The notes below the pieces were generated by a model that made no database searches, was not told the origin of the DNA, and worked only from the letters and a program-made list of their open reading frames with translations. A DNA stretch of 64,000 bases from an uncultured Candidatus Rokubacteria bacterium (GTDB taxonomy: Bacteria > Methylomirabilota > Methylomirabilia > Rokubacteriales > CSP1-6): positions 861,745-925,744 of the forward strand of contig CAVWFS010000019.1 of assembly GCA_963754315.1 (NCBI GenBank), given 5' to 3'. The position numbers were made by a program, and so were the translations under genes. Numbering within the stretch: position 1 is the stretch's first letter; every line of letters starts with the position of its first letter. Shown one piece after another: positions 19,750 through 29,476 of this stretch.

Positions 19750-21618
19750 ATGTGCGGGATCGCTGGCGTTCTTAACCTAAACGGTCGGCCCGCGGACGCT
19801 CGGCTGCTTCGGGCGATGACGGACTCGCTCACCCATCGAGGCCCCGACGGGGCCGGAGCCTGGGTCAGCGGTCCGGTGGCCCTGGGCCATCGGCGGCTCG
19901 CCATCATCGACCTCGCCACCGGCTCCCAGCCAATGGGGAACGAAGAGGGGACGGTCTGGCTCACCTACAATGGCGAGCTCTACAACTTTCGCGAACTGCG
20001 AGTCGAGCTCGAAGCACGCGGGTTTACTTTTCGGACGAACTCGGACACCGAGGTGCTTCTGAGGGCGTACGAAGCGTTCGGCGTCGAATGTCTACTGCGC
20101 CTGCGCGGGATGTTCGCCTTTGCTATCTGGGATGACCGCCGCCGCCGGCTCTTTCTGGCGCGCGACCGAGTAGGCATCAAGCCTCTCGTGTACGCCGCCG
20201 ACGGTCAGCGCGTGCTCTTCGCCTCCGAAATTAAGGGAATCCTTCAGGACCCGACGGTCTCGCGTGAGTTGGACTGGGTAGCGGTGCGCGACTACCTTGC
20301 TCATTCCTATATCCCAAGCCCGCGCACAATTTTTCGTGGCATCCGCAAGCTTCCCCCCGGCTCCTATCTCGTCCTCGACGCGGGCATGGCCGAGCCTGAG
20401 GTTCGCCGCTACTGGGACCTTCAGTTCAGGCCAGATGAGACGCGGTCAGACGCGGAGTGGTTGGAAGACTTGCGCTGGCATCTTGGCGACGCAGTCCGCA
20501 GTCACCTGGTCAGCGACGTCCCGGTCGGCGCCTTCCTGAGCGGCGGCCTCGACTCGAGCACGGTGGTGGCCTTTATGGCGGGGGCGGCGGAAGCGCCGCG
20601 TACCTTTTCTATCGGCTTCGACGAGACCGAGTTCGACGAGCTTCCGTTTGCCCGCACGGTGGCCCGGAGGTACCGGACCGACCATTGCGAATTTGTCGTC
20701 AAACCAGACGCACTCGATGTGCTGCCACGCCTAAGCAGGCAGTTCGACGAGCCGTTCGGTGACGCTTCTGCCGTCCCCACCTACTACGTCTCGAAGATCG
20801 CGCGCGAGCACGTCACCGTGGTCCTCTCGGGTGACGGAGGAGACGAGAACTTTGCCGGCTACTCGCGCTACCAGCGGGCCCAAACCCTCCACAGGCGGCT
20901 CGATCATCTGCCCGGTAGCGTTGTACGAGCGCTCCTCCGTCTGGCCGCCCGCTGGTGGCGGCCCGGCGCCCGCGGGCAAGGCTATCTCGAGCTGCTCGGC
21001 GCGGATCCGGTGGAGCGCTACTTCCGGATGGTCACCTTCCACACGAGCGCGAGCCTGGCTCGCCTCCTCACCGCCGAGGCGCGCGCGCAGGTCGCGCCAA
21101 AAGTCGATCCTGCTCTTTTTCGGCGCCTGATCGATGTGGACAACGTATCCGATTACCTTTCAACCCTCCAGTACCTGGACATCCGAACTTATCTCCCCGA
21201 GGACATTCTGACCAAGGTCGACCGCACTAGCATGCTCGTCTCCCTCGAGTCGCGCGTTCCCCTGCTCGATCACATCCTCATGGAGTTTTTGGCAACGATG
21301 CCGACGCGGCTGAAATACGAAGCCGGCCACGGCAAAGTCATCCTGAAGCGGGCCATGGCCAATGACCTGCCCGACGAGGTGCTCCGGCGTCGGAAGATGG
21401 GGTTCGGCGTCCCTCTGGGCACCTGGTTCCGCGGCACACTGGCTGACTACTCCCGCGACCTTCTGACAGGATCCCGGGCGAGCCAACGCGGCATCTTCGA
21501 CCCGGTCGCGGTAGCCGCCCTGCTCGACGCGCATGCCACGGGGCATGACCGGTCGAGTCAGATTTGGTCCCTTCTGTGCTTCGAAGAATGGGCACGGCAA
21601 TGGCTCGACCGATCCTGA
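19750..21618 (+). CDS. asnB: Asparagine synthase (glutamine-hydrolysing) family amidotransferase
   Basis: MCGIAG, HRGPD, GHRRLAIID, NGELYNF, LSGGLDSS, SGDGGDE, KVDRTSM. Confidence 0.93.
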   Translation: MCGIAGVLNLNGRPADARLLRAMTDSLTHRGPDGAGAWVSGPVALGHRRLAIIDLATGSQPMGNEEGTVWLTYNGELYNFRELRVELEARGFTFRTNSDTEVLLRAYEAFGVECLLRLRGMFAFAIWDDRRRRLFLARDRVGIKPLVYAADGQRVLFASEIKGILQDPTVSRELDWVAVRDYLAHSYIPSPRTIFRGIRKLPPGSYLVLDAGMAEPEVRRYWDLQFRPDETRSDAEWLEDLRWHLGDAVRSHLVSDVPVGAFLSGGLDSSTVVAFMAGAAEAPRTFSIGFDETEFDELPFARTVARRYRTDHCEFVVKPDALDVLPRLSRQFDEPFGDASAVPTYYVSKIAREHVTVVLSGDGGDENFAGYSRYQRAQTLHRRLDHLPGSVVRALLRLAARWWRPGARGQGYLELLGADPVERYFRMVTFHTSASLARLLTAEARAQVAPKVDPALFRRLIDVDNVSDYLSTLQYLDIRTYLPEDILTKVDRTSMLVSLESRVPLLDHILMEFLATMPTRLKYEAGHGKVILKRAMANDLPDEVLRRRKMGFGVPLGTWFRGTLADYSRDLLTGSRASQRGIFDPVAVAALLDAHATGHDRSSQIWSLLCFEEWARQWLDRS

Positions 21619-21637
21619 TTCTTTGCGAGCGAAGATA

Positions 21638-22756
21638 ATGGTCCACATCGTTCATGTCGTGCACTCGCTGGAAGTGGGAGGCACCGAGATGGGCGTCGTC
21701 AATCTCATCTCTGCCCTCCGGGACGACTTTCGCCATACCGTGGTGGCCATGACTGGAGCAGGCCCCCTCGCCGCGCGACTCCCGCTCGAGGTCGCCCTGT
21801 ACCAGCTCGGCAAGCAGCCGGGAAAGGACGTCAAGACGTTCACACGGCTGATCATGCTACTCCGAAAGCTAGCGCCCGAGGTCGTACACACGCGGAGCTG
21901 GGCGGCGATGGATGCCGTGGTGGCGGCCCGGCTGAGCCGGGTGCCGGTTGTCGTGCACGGAGAGCACGGTCGGGAGGCGATGGACCCTCACGGGTTGAAC
22001 CGGCGCCGGAACCGTGTGCGCCGATTGTTGACCCCATTCATCGACCGCTTCGTAACTGTCTCCTGCGATCTCGGGCGCTGGCTCGACATGACCGTCGGCG
22101 TCCCGCCCCGGAAGATCCTGACGATTCACAATGGGGTCGACACCTGCCGATTTTCCGGTGACCACCGGGAGGCCGGCCGCCGCGCTCTGAAACTCGCGCC
22201 GGAGACGGTCGCCGTCGGCACCGTTGGCCGGCTCGATCCCGTCAAGGGTCAACATGGGCTGCTGGAAGGCTTTGCCGGGGTCGATGCGGAGCTGGCGCCG
22301 ACTGCCCTGGTCGTGGTCGGAGACGGCCCCTGCCGAAGCGCCCTCGCGGGTCGCGCACGTCAACGGGATCTTTTGGGACGCGTCCATCTGCTCGGCGAGC
22401 GGGCCGACATCCCAATACTCCTCGGGGGACTCGACGTCTACGTGCTGCCCTCCATCGCGGAGGGAATTTCCAACACCATCCTGGAAGCTATGGCCACCGG
22501 CCTACCGGTGATTGCCACACGCACTGGCGGCAACCCCGAATTGGTCGAGGACGGCGCGACCGGGATGCTGGTTCCGGTGGGAGACTCCGCGATGCTTACT
22601 GCCGCACTGACGACATATCTGAGGCGTCCTGACCTTCGCGCCGCCCACGGTACGGCCGGCCGCCAGCGGGCGGTGGAGAGCTTTGCGCTCGAACGGATGA
22701 CTCGGCGATATCGCGACCTCTATTGCGAGCTGATCCGGGAGAAAGTTGCCGCCTAG
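21638..22756 (+). CDS. Glycosyltransferase family 4 (PEP-CTERM/XrtA-associated type)
   Basis: GGTEMGVVNL, HGEHGRE, IHNGVD, VGRLDPVK, EGISNTILEAMATGLP. Confidence 0.92.
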   Translation: MVHIVHVVHSLEVGGTEMGVVNLISALRDDFRHTVVAMTGAGPLAARLPLEVALYQLGKQPGKDVKTFTRLIMLLRKLAPEVVHTRSWAAMDAVVAARLSRVPVVVHGEHGREAMDPHGLNRRRNRVRRLLTPFIDRFVTVSCDLGRWLDMTVGVPPRKILTIHNGVDTCRFSGDHREAGRRALKLAPETVAVGTVGRLDPVKGQHGLLEGFAGVDAELAPTALVVVGDGPCRSALAGRARQRDLLGRVHLLGERADIPILLGGLDVYVLPSIAEGISNTILEAMATGLPVIATRTGGNPELVEDGATGMLVPVGDSAMLTAALTTYLRRPDLRAAHGTAGRQRAVESFALERMTRRYRDLYCELIREKVAA

Positions 22757-22758
22757 CC

Positions 22759-24662
22759 ATGTGTGGAATTGCCGGTATCGTCCACGCCGACCCCAAGTAT
22801 CCGATCGATCTCGACTTGCTCCGTCGCATGACCATGACTCTTGAACATCGGGGCCCTGATGCCCAGAGTGTTCGGGGGTGGCGCGGCGCCGCCTTCGGCC
22901 ACCGCCGCCTCAGCATCATCGATCTGGCCACGGGGGATCAGCCCGTTTTCAACGAAGACCGGACGAAGGCGGTGGTGTTAAACGGCGAGATCTATAACTA
23001 TCACGACCTGCGCGCTGAGCTCGAAGCGCGGGGCCACCGCTTCGCGACGCAGAGCGATACGGAGTCTATCGTCCACGCCTACGAGGAATACGGGGATCGC
23101 TGCGTGGAACACCTCCGCGGGATGTTCGCATTCGCGGTCTGGGATGACCGCGAGCGGCGCCTGCTGTTAGCTCGGGACCGGGTCGGCAAGAAACCCCTCT
23201 ACTATACCCACGACGGAGAGCGCCTCGCCTTCGCCTCCGAACTGAAGGCGCTGCTTGCAGACCCTGCTTGCAAGCGGGAGATAGACCTCCAAACCCTGAA
23301 CGACTACTTTTCGCTGGGAGCGGTGCAGGCGCCGGCGACGATCTTTCGGGGTGTGCGCCAGCTTCCTCCCGCGCACCTGCTCGTGTGGAAACAGGGGGTC
23401 ATACGGATCCACGAGTACTGGGATGTTCCCCGCGACCCGATCGAGCCGAAAACGGAAGCCCAGGCTCTCGAGCAGTTTGCCGAGATATTCGAAGAGGCGG
23501 TGCGACTACGACTCATGAGCGACGTGCCGCTCGGCGCATTCTTGAGCGGAGGGGTCGACTCGAGCGCAGTGGTCGCCATGATGGCGCGACTTTCGCGGCG
23601 GGCGGTGGTGACGACGAGTGTCGGCTTCGCCGAGCGGGCCTTTAACGAGATCGAGCACGCTCGTGCGGTCGCTCGTACGATCAGGAGCGATCACTCCGAA
23701 GTGCTCGTGCGCTCGCAGGCCGCTGACATCCTACCGAGGCTGGTCTGGCATCTCGACGAGCCGTTCGCGGACTCCTCTGCCCTGCCCACGTACTACGTCG
23801 CCAAGGCCGCCCGGGAACGGGTGACGGTCGCGCTCTCCGGCGACGGCGGTGACGAGGGGTTTGCCGGTTATCAGCGCCGCTATGGCCTTAACGCCTGGGA
23901 GACTCGCTGCCGACGTTGGCTCCCGGGTTGGGTCCGCACCGGCATTCTAGCTCCGGCCGGCACGATATATCCAAAAGCCGACTGGCTTCCCCGGCCGCTG
24001 CGAGCCCGATACTTCCTCCAGAACCTCGGGACGACGTTCGAGCGGGCCTACTTCGCCGATCTCTCCCTGTTCCGACGAGAAGAGAAGGCTGCCCTCCTCT
24101 CCGCGGAGCTCAGAAGGGAACTCAACGGGCACGACTCCTTCACGGCCTTCGCGCGCCACTTCGCGCGCGTGGCCGGCCTGGATCCCCTACGCCAGCTGCT
24201 CTATGTCGATCTCAAGACCTGGCTCGCCAACGACATCCTGGTCAAAGTTGATCGGATGAGCATGGCGAACTCGCTCGAGGTTCGCTCCCCGTTCCTGGAC
24301 CACAAGGTGATCGAGTTTGCCGCCACCTTGCCGTCCAACCTCAAGTATCGCGGGCGCACTTCTAAGTACCTTCTGAAACGCCACCTGGAGGGGCAGCTCC
24401 CGCGTTCCGTGATTCATCGTGCGAAACATGGATTCGAGATGCCAGTGGCCGCCTGGCTCCGCGGCGAGCTGCGGGAGATGGGTCAGGAGCTGTTACTGTC
24501 GCCGCGCGCACTCAATCGTGGCTACGTGGTGGCGTCTGGCGTACGCCGTCTCTGGGACCCCACCAGCGAGGTCTCCAGGATCACTCGGCACGGCTCTGGG
24601 CCCTGCTTGTCCTCGAGCTGTGGCACCGGACGTTCGTGGATCGGGTGCCACCGGGCATATGA
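22759..24662 (+). CDS. asnB: Asparagine synthase family amidotransferase; frameshift near 24560
   Basis: MCGIAG and all core motifs. The true C-terminus HQRGLQDHSARLWALLVLELWHRTF lies in another frame, ending at TGA 24660-24662 and overlapping the next ATG. Confidence 0.88.
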
Positions 24663-25396
24663 AGACGTTCGACGCGCAGTGGCAGGCTCGCTTCGAGCGC
24701 TTCGCGGCTGGCTCCTCCGAGGACCATGCGGTCTCGGGCTGGTCGCGCGAAGGACTTCAGCGGCGTGTCCGGCTGTTCCAGGGGCTGCTGGGGGAGCTGG
24801 CGCTGCCACATCCGGCCAGTGTTCTCGACCTTGGCTGTGGAGCGGGAACGTACGTTCGCACTCTGAGCGGACTCGGTCACATGGCGGTCGGGATGGACTA
24901 CGCGTTCCAGAGCCTGCGGCGCGGGGTCGCCGCGGACCCAGGAGGCGAGGGACGCTATCTTGCCGCCGACGGGGTGGCCCTGCCATTTCGGTCAAACTCC
25001 TTTGATCTGATCACTTGCATTGGCGTGCTTCAGGCGGTGAGTCGTCCCGAGATGCTTGTCGCGCAAATTGCGCGCGTGCTGCGCCCGGGGGGCATTCTGA
25101 TCATCGAGGTCTTGAATCCGCTGGAGCTGCCGGCACTCGGTCAACGAGTACTGGACGCCCTCAACTCGCGGCCGCCTCGACTCCGCCGGCACCGTTCTTC
25201 ACAGATGCGACAATGGTTAGCCGGCTGGGGCATCCCGGTTGTGCGCCAGGTAGGTGTCTACCTTCCGCCGCGCAGTCACCCAGGGCTAGGCCGCGTCTTT
25301 GATTATCCACGTCTCACACGCCTTCTTGAGCTCGTTCCGTTTGGGTCTTCGATGGTCGCGCACGCCTTTTGGCTGTTAGGAAGAAAGGTGACATGA
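24659..25396 (+). CDS. Class I SAM-dependent methyltransferase
   Basis: VLDLGCGAG, LPFRSNSFD, RVLRPGG. Confidence 0.88.
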   Translation: MKTFDAQWQARFERFAAGSSEDHAVSGWSREGLQRRVRLFQGLLGELALPHPASVLDLGCGAGTYVRTLSGLGHMAVGMDYAFQSLRRGVAADPGGEGRYLAADGVALPFRSNSFDLITCIGVLQAVSRPEMLVAQIARVLRPGGILIIEVLNPLELPALGQRVLDALNSRPPRLRRHRSSQMRQWLAGWGIPVVRQVGVYLPPRSHPGLGRVFDYPRLTRLLELVPFGSSMVAHAFWLLGRKVT

Positions 25397-25418
25397 GCGT
25401 GCGGCTTGGAGCGCGGAC

Positions 25419-26825
25419 TTGAAGGGGCCGATCTCTTTTGAAGGCTTGACCGTCCTGCTGGCGGCCGTGAGCGGCCTCGCCGTGGGGGGGGTAGCTCTAA
25501 GGCGACATCGATACGGGGGGCTTCCCCGGAGTTTCGGCGCGGGCATGGTTGCTTTTGTCAGCGTCGTCGTTACCAATATTGCCCTGCTTTCCAAGAACCT
25601 TCGCGGGCACATCAGACGCTCTACCGGAAGGTACTTCTCCCGGAGCAAATACGATTATCGGCAACAGTGGACCAACTTCTCGACCCGCCTGCGCTCGCTG
25701 GTAACCATGGAGGAACTCGCTCCGGCGCTTCTATCGGTGGTGACCGATGCGGTGGGAACGGCACAGGGAGCCCTATACCTCGCCGGCGAGCACGACGATG
25801 TGTATCATCTGGCTGCCTCTCGCGAATTCGACCGACTGCCAGCAGACCTAGGAAAGGGCTCGTTCCTGTTCTCGCGACCGGCCGGGCCGCGGACTCCATT
25901 CCCCATCGAGGCGAATGGCCCAGACTCATGGCTCGACACGGCACCGTTGCCCAGCTCTGAAGTCATCGCCGTCCCCTTGTACTGGAGGAATACGCTGGTG
26001 GGCTGTCTAGTGCTGGGTCCGCCGCGGACCGGTGTCGGGTACGACAAAGAGGATTTTGACTTCTTGGCTACCGTGGGCGAATCGGCCGCTGGAATTGTCG
26101 TCACCGTGCTCATGGCGGAGCGCTCAGCCCGAGCGCGGGAATTCGAAGCGCTCCATCAGCTGACCTCATGCGTGATTCACGACTTCAAGAACGCAGTGAC
26201 CGCGCTCTCCATGCTCAGCGCAAATGCCCGCGATCATTTCGATGATCCCGAATTTCAGCGCGATGCGCTCAGGACCCTGGCGCGGACCGTGGACCAGATG
26301 AGGGGATTGCTCGCCAAACTGTCGCCCTCCCCCGAAGTCAGCCGCATCCGTTTCGAGGCTGTCGATCTCGCCAAGCTCCTGCTGGAAACGGCCAGTACCG
26401 TTCTCGATGGCAAGCCGGTAACGGTGGAGGAGCGCATTCGGCCGATCCCTCTAATTCTCGCCGACCGGGTGGCACTCGGCCGCGTACTCCAGAACTTCCT
26501 CCTCAATGCTCTCGAGGCGATCGACCACGCCGGGCGGATCACCCTCAGCACCGAGCCTCAGCAGGGTTTGGTCTCCTGCGCGGTGGCGGACGACGGGTGC
26601 GGAATGTCGGCTGAGTTCATCCGCCGGTCCCTCTTCGTGCCTTTCCGTTCTACGAAGAAGGGGGGCTGGGGCATTGGTTTGTACCATGCAAGAGAGATCG
26701 TGGCCGCTCACGGTGGCCGCATCGAGGTGGACAGCCACGAAGGGAGGGGCACAACCTTTCGGCTGCTCTTCCAACCGGCTGCCCCTTCTCGCACCGCCGA
26801 TCGCAACAGGACCACCCACCCATGA
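25419..26825 (+). CDS. prsK: PrsK-like GAF-HisKA-HATPase sensor kinase with shortened N-terminal membrane region
   Basis: KYDYRQQW motif, GAF domain, VIHDFKN, NFLLNALEA, DDGCGMS..FI, LFVPFRSTKKGGWGIGLY. Confidence 0.8.
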   Translation: MKGPISFEGLTVLLAAVSGLAVGGVALRRHRYGGLPRSFGAGMVAFVSVVVTNIALLSKNLRGHIRRSTGRYFSRSKYDYRQQWTNFSTRLRSLVTMEELAPALLSVVTDAVGTAQGALYLAGEHDDVYHLAASREFDRLPADLGKGSFLFSRPAGPRTPFPIEANGPDSWLDTAPLPSSEVIAVPLYWRNTLVGCLVLGPPRTGVGYDKEDFDFLATVGESAAGIVVTVLMAERSARAREFEALHQLTSCVIHDFKNAVTALSMLSANARDHFDDPEFQRDALRTLARTVDQMRGLLAKLSPSPEVSRIRFEAVDLAKLLLETASTVLDGKPVTVEERIRPIPLILADRVALGRVLQNFLLNALEAIDHAGRITLSTEPQQGLVSCAVADDGCGMSAEFIRRSLFVPFRSTKKGGWGIGLYHAREIVAAHGGRIEVDSHEGRGTTFRLLFQPAAPSRTADRNRTTHP

Positions 26826-26833
26826 GGCCCTTG

Positions 26834-27754
26834 ATGGCCCGGCTCGCAGCGGGGCCTTCGGCGTGGGACATCACCGGACGGCTCTCGCTCCTGCTGGCGG
26901 GGGGGAACCGGCGGTCAATCGCGGCTGACATCTCGTCGCGGTGGTGGCGCCTCGGCATGGCGGGGCTGGCCATCGTGGTCGTGTACGCACCTACACTAAT
27001 GTCGATGGCTCGAGAGTGGGCGACATTCCCCACACTCTCCCATGGCTTTGCCGTTCCCCCGATCGCCATGTACCTGATATGGCGTCGCCGTGGCGATCTC
27101 GAGCAATTCAACCCCGACCTGTCCTGGGGAGGGCTACTGGTCGTGATCAGTGGGCTCGGATTGTACGCGGCCGGGACACTGGCGGCGGAGCCCTTCATCG
27201 CTCGCGTCTCCTTCCCGGTGACGCTGTTCGGAGCGGCGCTCCTGCTCGGGGGAGCTGCCGTCGCCCGGGAGCTATTCCCGGGGCTGGGATACCTCTTCTT
27301 CATGATCCCCTTGCCGTGGTCTGTGCTGAGGGAACTGACCGGTCCGGCCAAGCTGATCGATGCAACAGTGACGGCGGCGGTGTCGACGTGGTTTGGTGTG
27401 CCCGTCCTCCGAGAGGGAACCGTGCTCTACCTGCCGAACATCACCCTGGAAGTGGCCGATGCTTGTAGCAGCATCCCTTCCATCGCAAGCTTGCTGGCCT
27501 TGGGCGCCGCGTACGGTCTCGCCCGGCGCCGCTCGGGGCCGGTGTGTCTCGTTCTGCTCCTAACTGCGTTCCCGCTGGGCGCCCTCTCGAACCTTGTCCG
27601 GATCATTTTGACCGTGCTGGGTACATACCATCTCGGCCCTGTGGTTCTTGGCAGTGCCCTCCACATGTGGAACGGGACGGTCGTGTTCCTCATGACGTTC
27701 GGGGCGCTGGTGCTGCTGGATTGCGGCCTGGATCGGGCCCGGCCCGGCCGCTGA
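26834..27754 (+). CDS. xrt: Exosortase (EpsH family), no EpsI domain
   Basis: SHGFAVP, FFMIPLP, GVPVLREG, LEVADACSS (Cys), NLVRI (Arg), LHMWNG (His). Start uncertain (26822 or later). Confidence 0.88.
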   Translation: MARLAAGPSAWDITGRLSLLLAGGNRRSIAADISSRWWRLGMAGLAIVVVYAPTLMSMAREWATFPTLSHGFAVPPIAMYLIWRRRGDLEQFNPDLSWGGLLVVISGLGLYAAGTLAAEPFIARVSFPVTLFGAALLLGGAAVARELFPGLGYLFFMIPLPWSVLRELTGPAKLIDATVTAAVSTWFGVPVLREGTVLYLPNITLEVADACSSIPSIASLLALGAAYGLARRRSGPVCLVLLLTAFPLGALSNLVRIILTVLGTYHLGPVVLGSALHMWNGTVVFLMTFGALVLLDCGLDRARPGR

Positions 27755-27762
27755 GGCCAGTC

Positions 27763-28104
27763 ATGGATCCCCGGCTCCCGGGATTATTGGCCTTATTGGA
27801 GCGGAAGCAGCTTCAGGAGGCTGCGGCGGGGCCCTCCGTTCCCGTCAACGCGGTCATACTCGGGCGATTCCCCCCGCTACTCACAGTTGTTTGCCGGTAT
27901 CAACTACCTTTGCGGATCATTGCCCAAGAGTACCGGTATCGCCTCAATCGCCTTCTCCATATCCTCTCCCCGCGATCGCGAGAGGTGTTGCGCACCCCGC
28001 CCGCGGCGCCTTGTGCTGAAGACCCCGCGTCATTCGCGCGCGCGCTTCACCTCCCGATTCCCTTTCAGCAGACTGCGTCGGCCCCCGGGGGAGACCTCTT
28101 GTGA
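27763..28104 (+). CDS. Hypothetical protein
   Basis: Fills the gap between xrt and prsR; its stop overlaps the prsR GTG. No recognisable motif. Confidence 0.3.
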   Translation: MDPRLPGLLALLERKQLQEAAAGPSVPVNAVILGRFPPLLTVVCRYQLPLRIIAQEYRYRLNRLLHILSPRSREVLRTPPAAPCAEDPASFARALHLPIPFQQTASAPGGDLL

Positions 28105-29447
28105 GTTTGCCCAATGCCTTGATCGTGGAAGACGACGAGGCGATTCGTATTCAGTTGAAGTACGCGCTGCAGGGCGAGTTTCGGCTCACTTTCGCGGAAT
28201 CCCGGCCGCAGGCACTCGCAGCCGCAGCCGCAGACCGGCCGGCGGTGGTTCTGCTCGATCTCGGGCTCCCGCCGAATTCCGACACCACCAGTGAAGGGCT
28301 CAAGACGCTCGAAGAGCTGTGTCAGTCGCCGGTCAAGGTCATTGTGCTCACGGGTCACAGCGAGCGCAAGAATGCCCTCGCCGCCGTTCACCTCGGCGCC
28401 TTTGACTACCAGCTGAAGCCCATCGATCTCGATACCCTGCGCGTGATGATGCGTCGCGCCGTCTACCTCTTGGAGCTAGACCACGAAGGCGTACCCTCCC
28501 TCGCCGGCCCGGACACTACCACCGCCCTCGAAGAGCTCCTCGGCACGACTCCCGCGATGCGGGAGATCTTCAGGATCATCCAGCGAGTGGCCAAGACGGA
28601 CGCCACCGTCCTCATTGAGGGTGAAAGCGGGACCGGCAAGGAGCTCATAGCGGCGGCGATCCACCAACGAAGCCCGCGCTGCTCCGCCCCCTTCATCGCC
28701 GTCAACTGCGGCGCCATTCCCGAGACGCTGGTCGAGTCAGAACTGTTTGGCCACCAGGATGACGGCTTCACTCGCGCTAACGGCCCAAGCAAACTGGAGC
28801 TGGCCGATCACGCCACGCTCTTTTTGGGCGAGATCGGCGAGCTAAGCCTTCTCCTTCAGGTAAAGCTACTGCGCTTTCTCCAGCAGCGCACTATCGAGCG
28901 CAGCAGCCAGGAGGCGATGAAGCTCGATGTGAGGGTCATCGCCGCCACCGACCAGGACCTCAAGACACTCCTGAAGCTGAAGCGGTTTCGTCAAGATCTC
29001 TACTACCGCCTGTCGATCGTGACCATCCGCGTTCCGCCTCTCCGCGAGCGCGGCGAGGACATCGCCTTTCTCGCCAACGCCTTCCTCCGGCGGATCTGTC
29101 ACCAGCATCGCAGAACGTCGACGTTCAGCCCGGAGGCCGTGAAGGCCATGATGGCCTACTCGTGGCCCGGAAACATCAGAGAGCTCGAGAACAAGGTCAC
29201 CCGGTCTCTGATCATGGCGCAGGGGCGGACGATTGGTCCGGTGGAACTGGAACTCACGTCCCAACATGAAGGTCGCCCGGCTCTCCTCCGGCAAGCACGC
29301 CGGCACGCAGAGCGCCAGGCGTTGGTGACCGCTCTCGGTCGCAACCATGGGAACATCAGTCGGGCTGCGCGCGAGCTCGAGGTAAGCCGGCCGACCCTCC
29401 ACAGCCTACTCGACAAACACGCCATCGACGCCAAGACCTTCCGCTAA
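28101..29447 (+). CDS. prsR: PrsR-like NtrC-family response regulator with degenerate AAA+ motifs
   Basis: REC domain (IVEDD, LLDLGLPP, KP), Walker A GESGTGKE, Fis HTH. GAFTGA is replaced by DGFTRA and Walker B reads FLGEIG. Confidence 0.85.
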   Translation: MSLPNALIVEDDEAIRIQLKYALQGEFRLTFAESRPQALAAAAADRPAVVLLDLGLPPNSDTTSEGLKTLEELCQSPVKVIVLTGHSERKNALAAVHLGAFDYQLKPIDLDTLRVMMRRAVYLLELDHEGVPSLAGPDTTTALEELLGTTPAMREIFRIIQRVAKTDATVLIEGESGTGKELIAAAIHQRSPRCSAPFIAVNCGAIPETLVESELFGHQDDGFTRANGPSKLELADHATLFLGEIGELSLLLQVKLLRFLQQRTIERSSQEAMKLDVRVIAATDQDLKTLLKLKRFRQDLYYRLSIVTIRVPPLRERGEDIAFLANAFLRRICHQHRRTSTFSPEAVKAMMAYSWPGNIRELENKVTRSLIMAQGRTIGPVELELTSQHEGRPALLRQARRHAERQALVTALGRNHGNISRAARELEVSRPTLHSLLDKHAIDAKTFR

Positions 29448-29476
29448 GTCAACATGGCACCCCAGAGAATTAGTCA

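Noticed and set aside
22723..25005. 760-aa AsnB with a novel C-terminal extension overlapping the methyltransferase
   Set aside because: Artefact of a frameshift near 24560; the normal AsnB ending is in another frame and stops at 24662.
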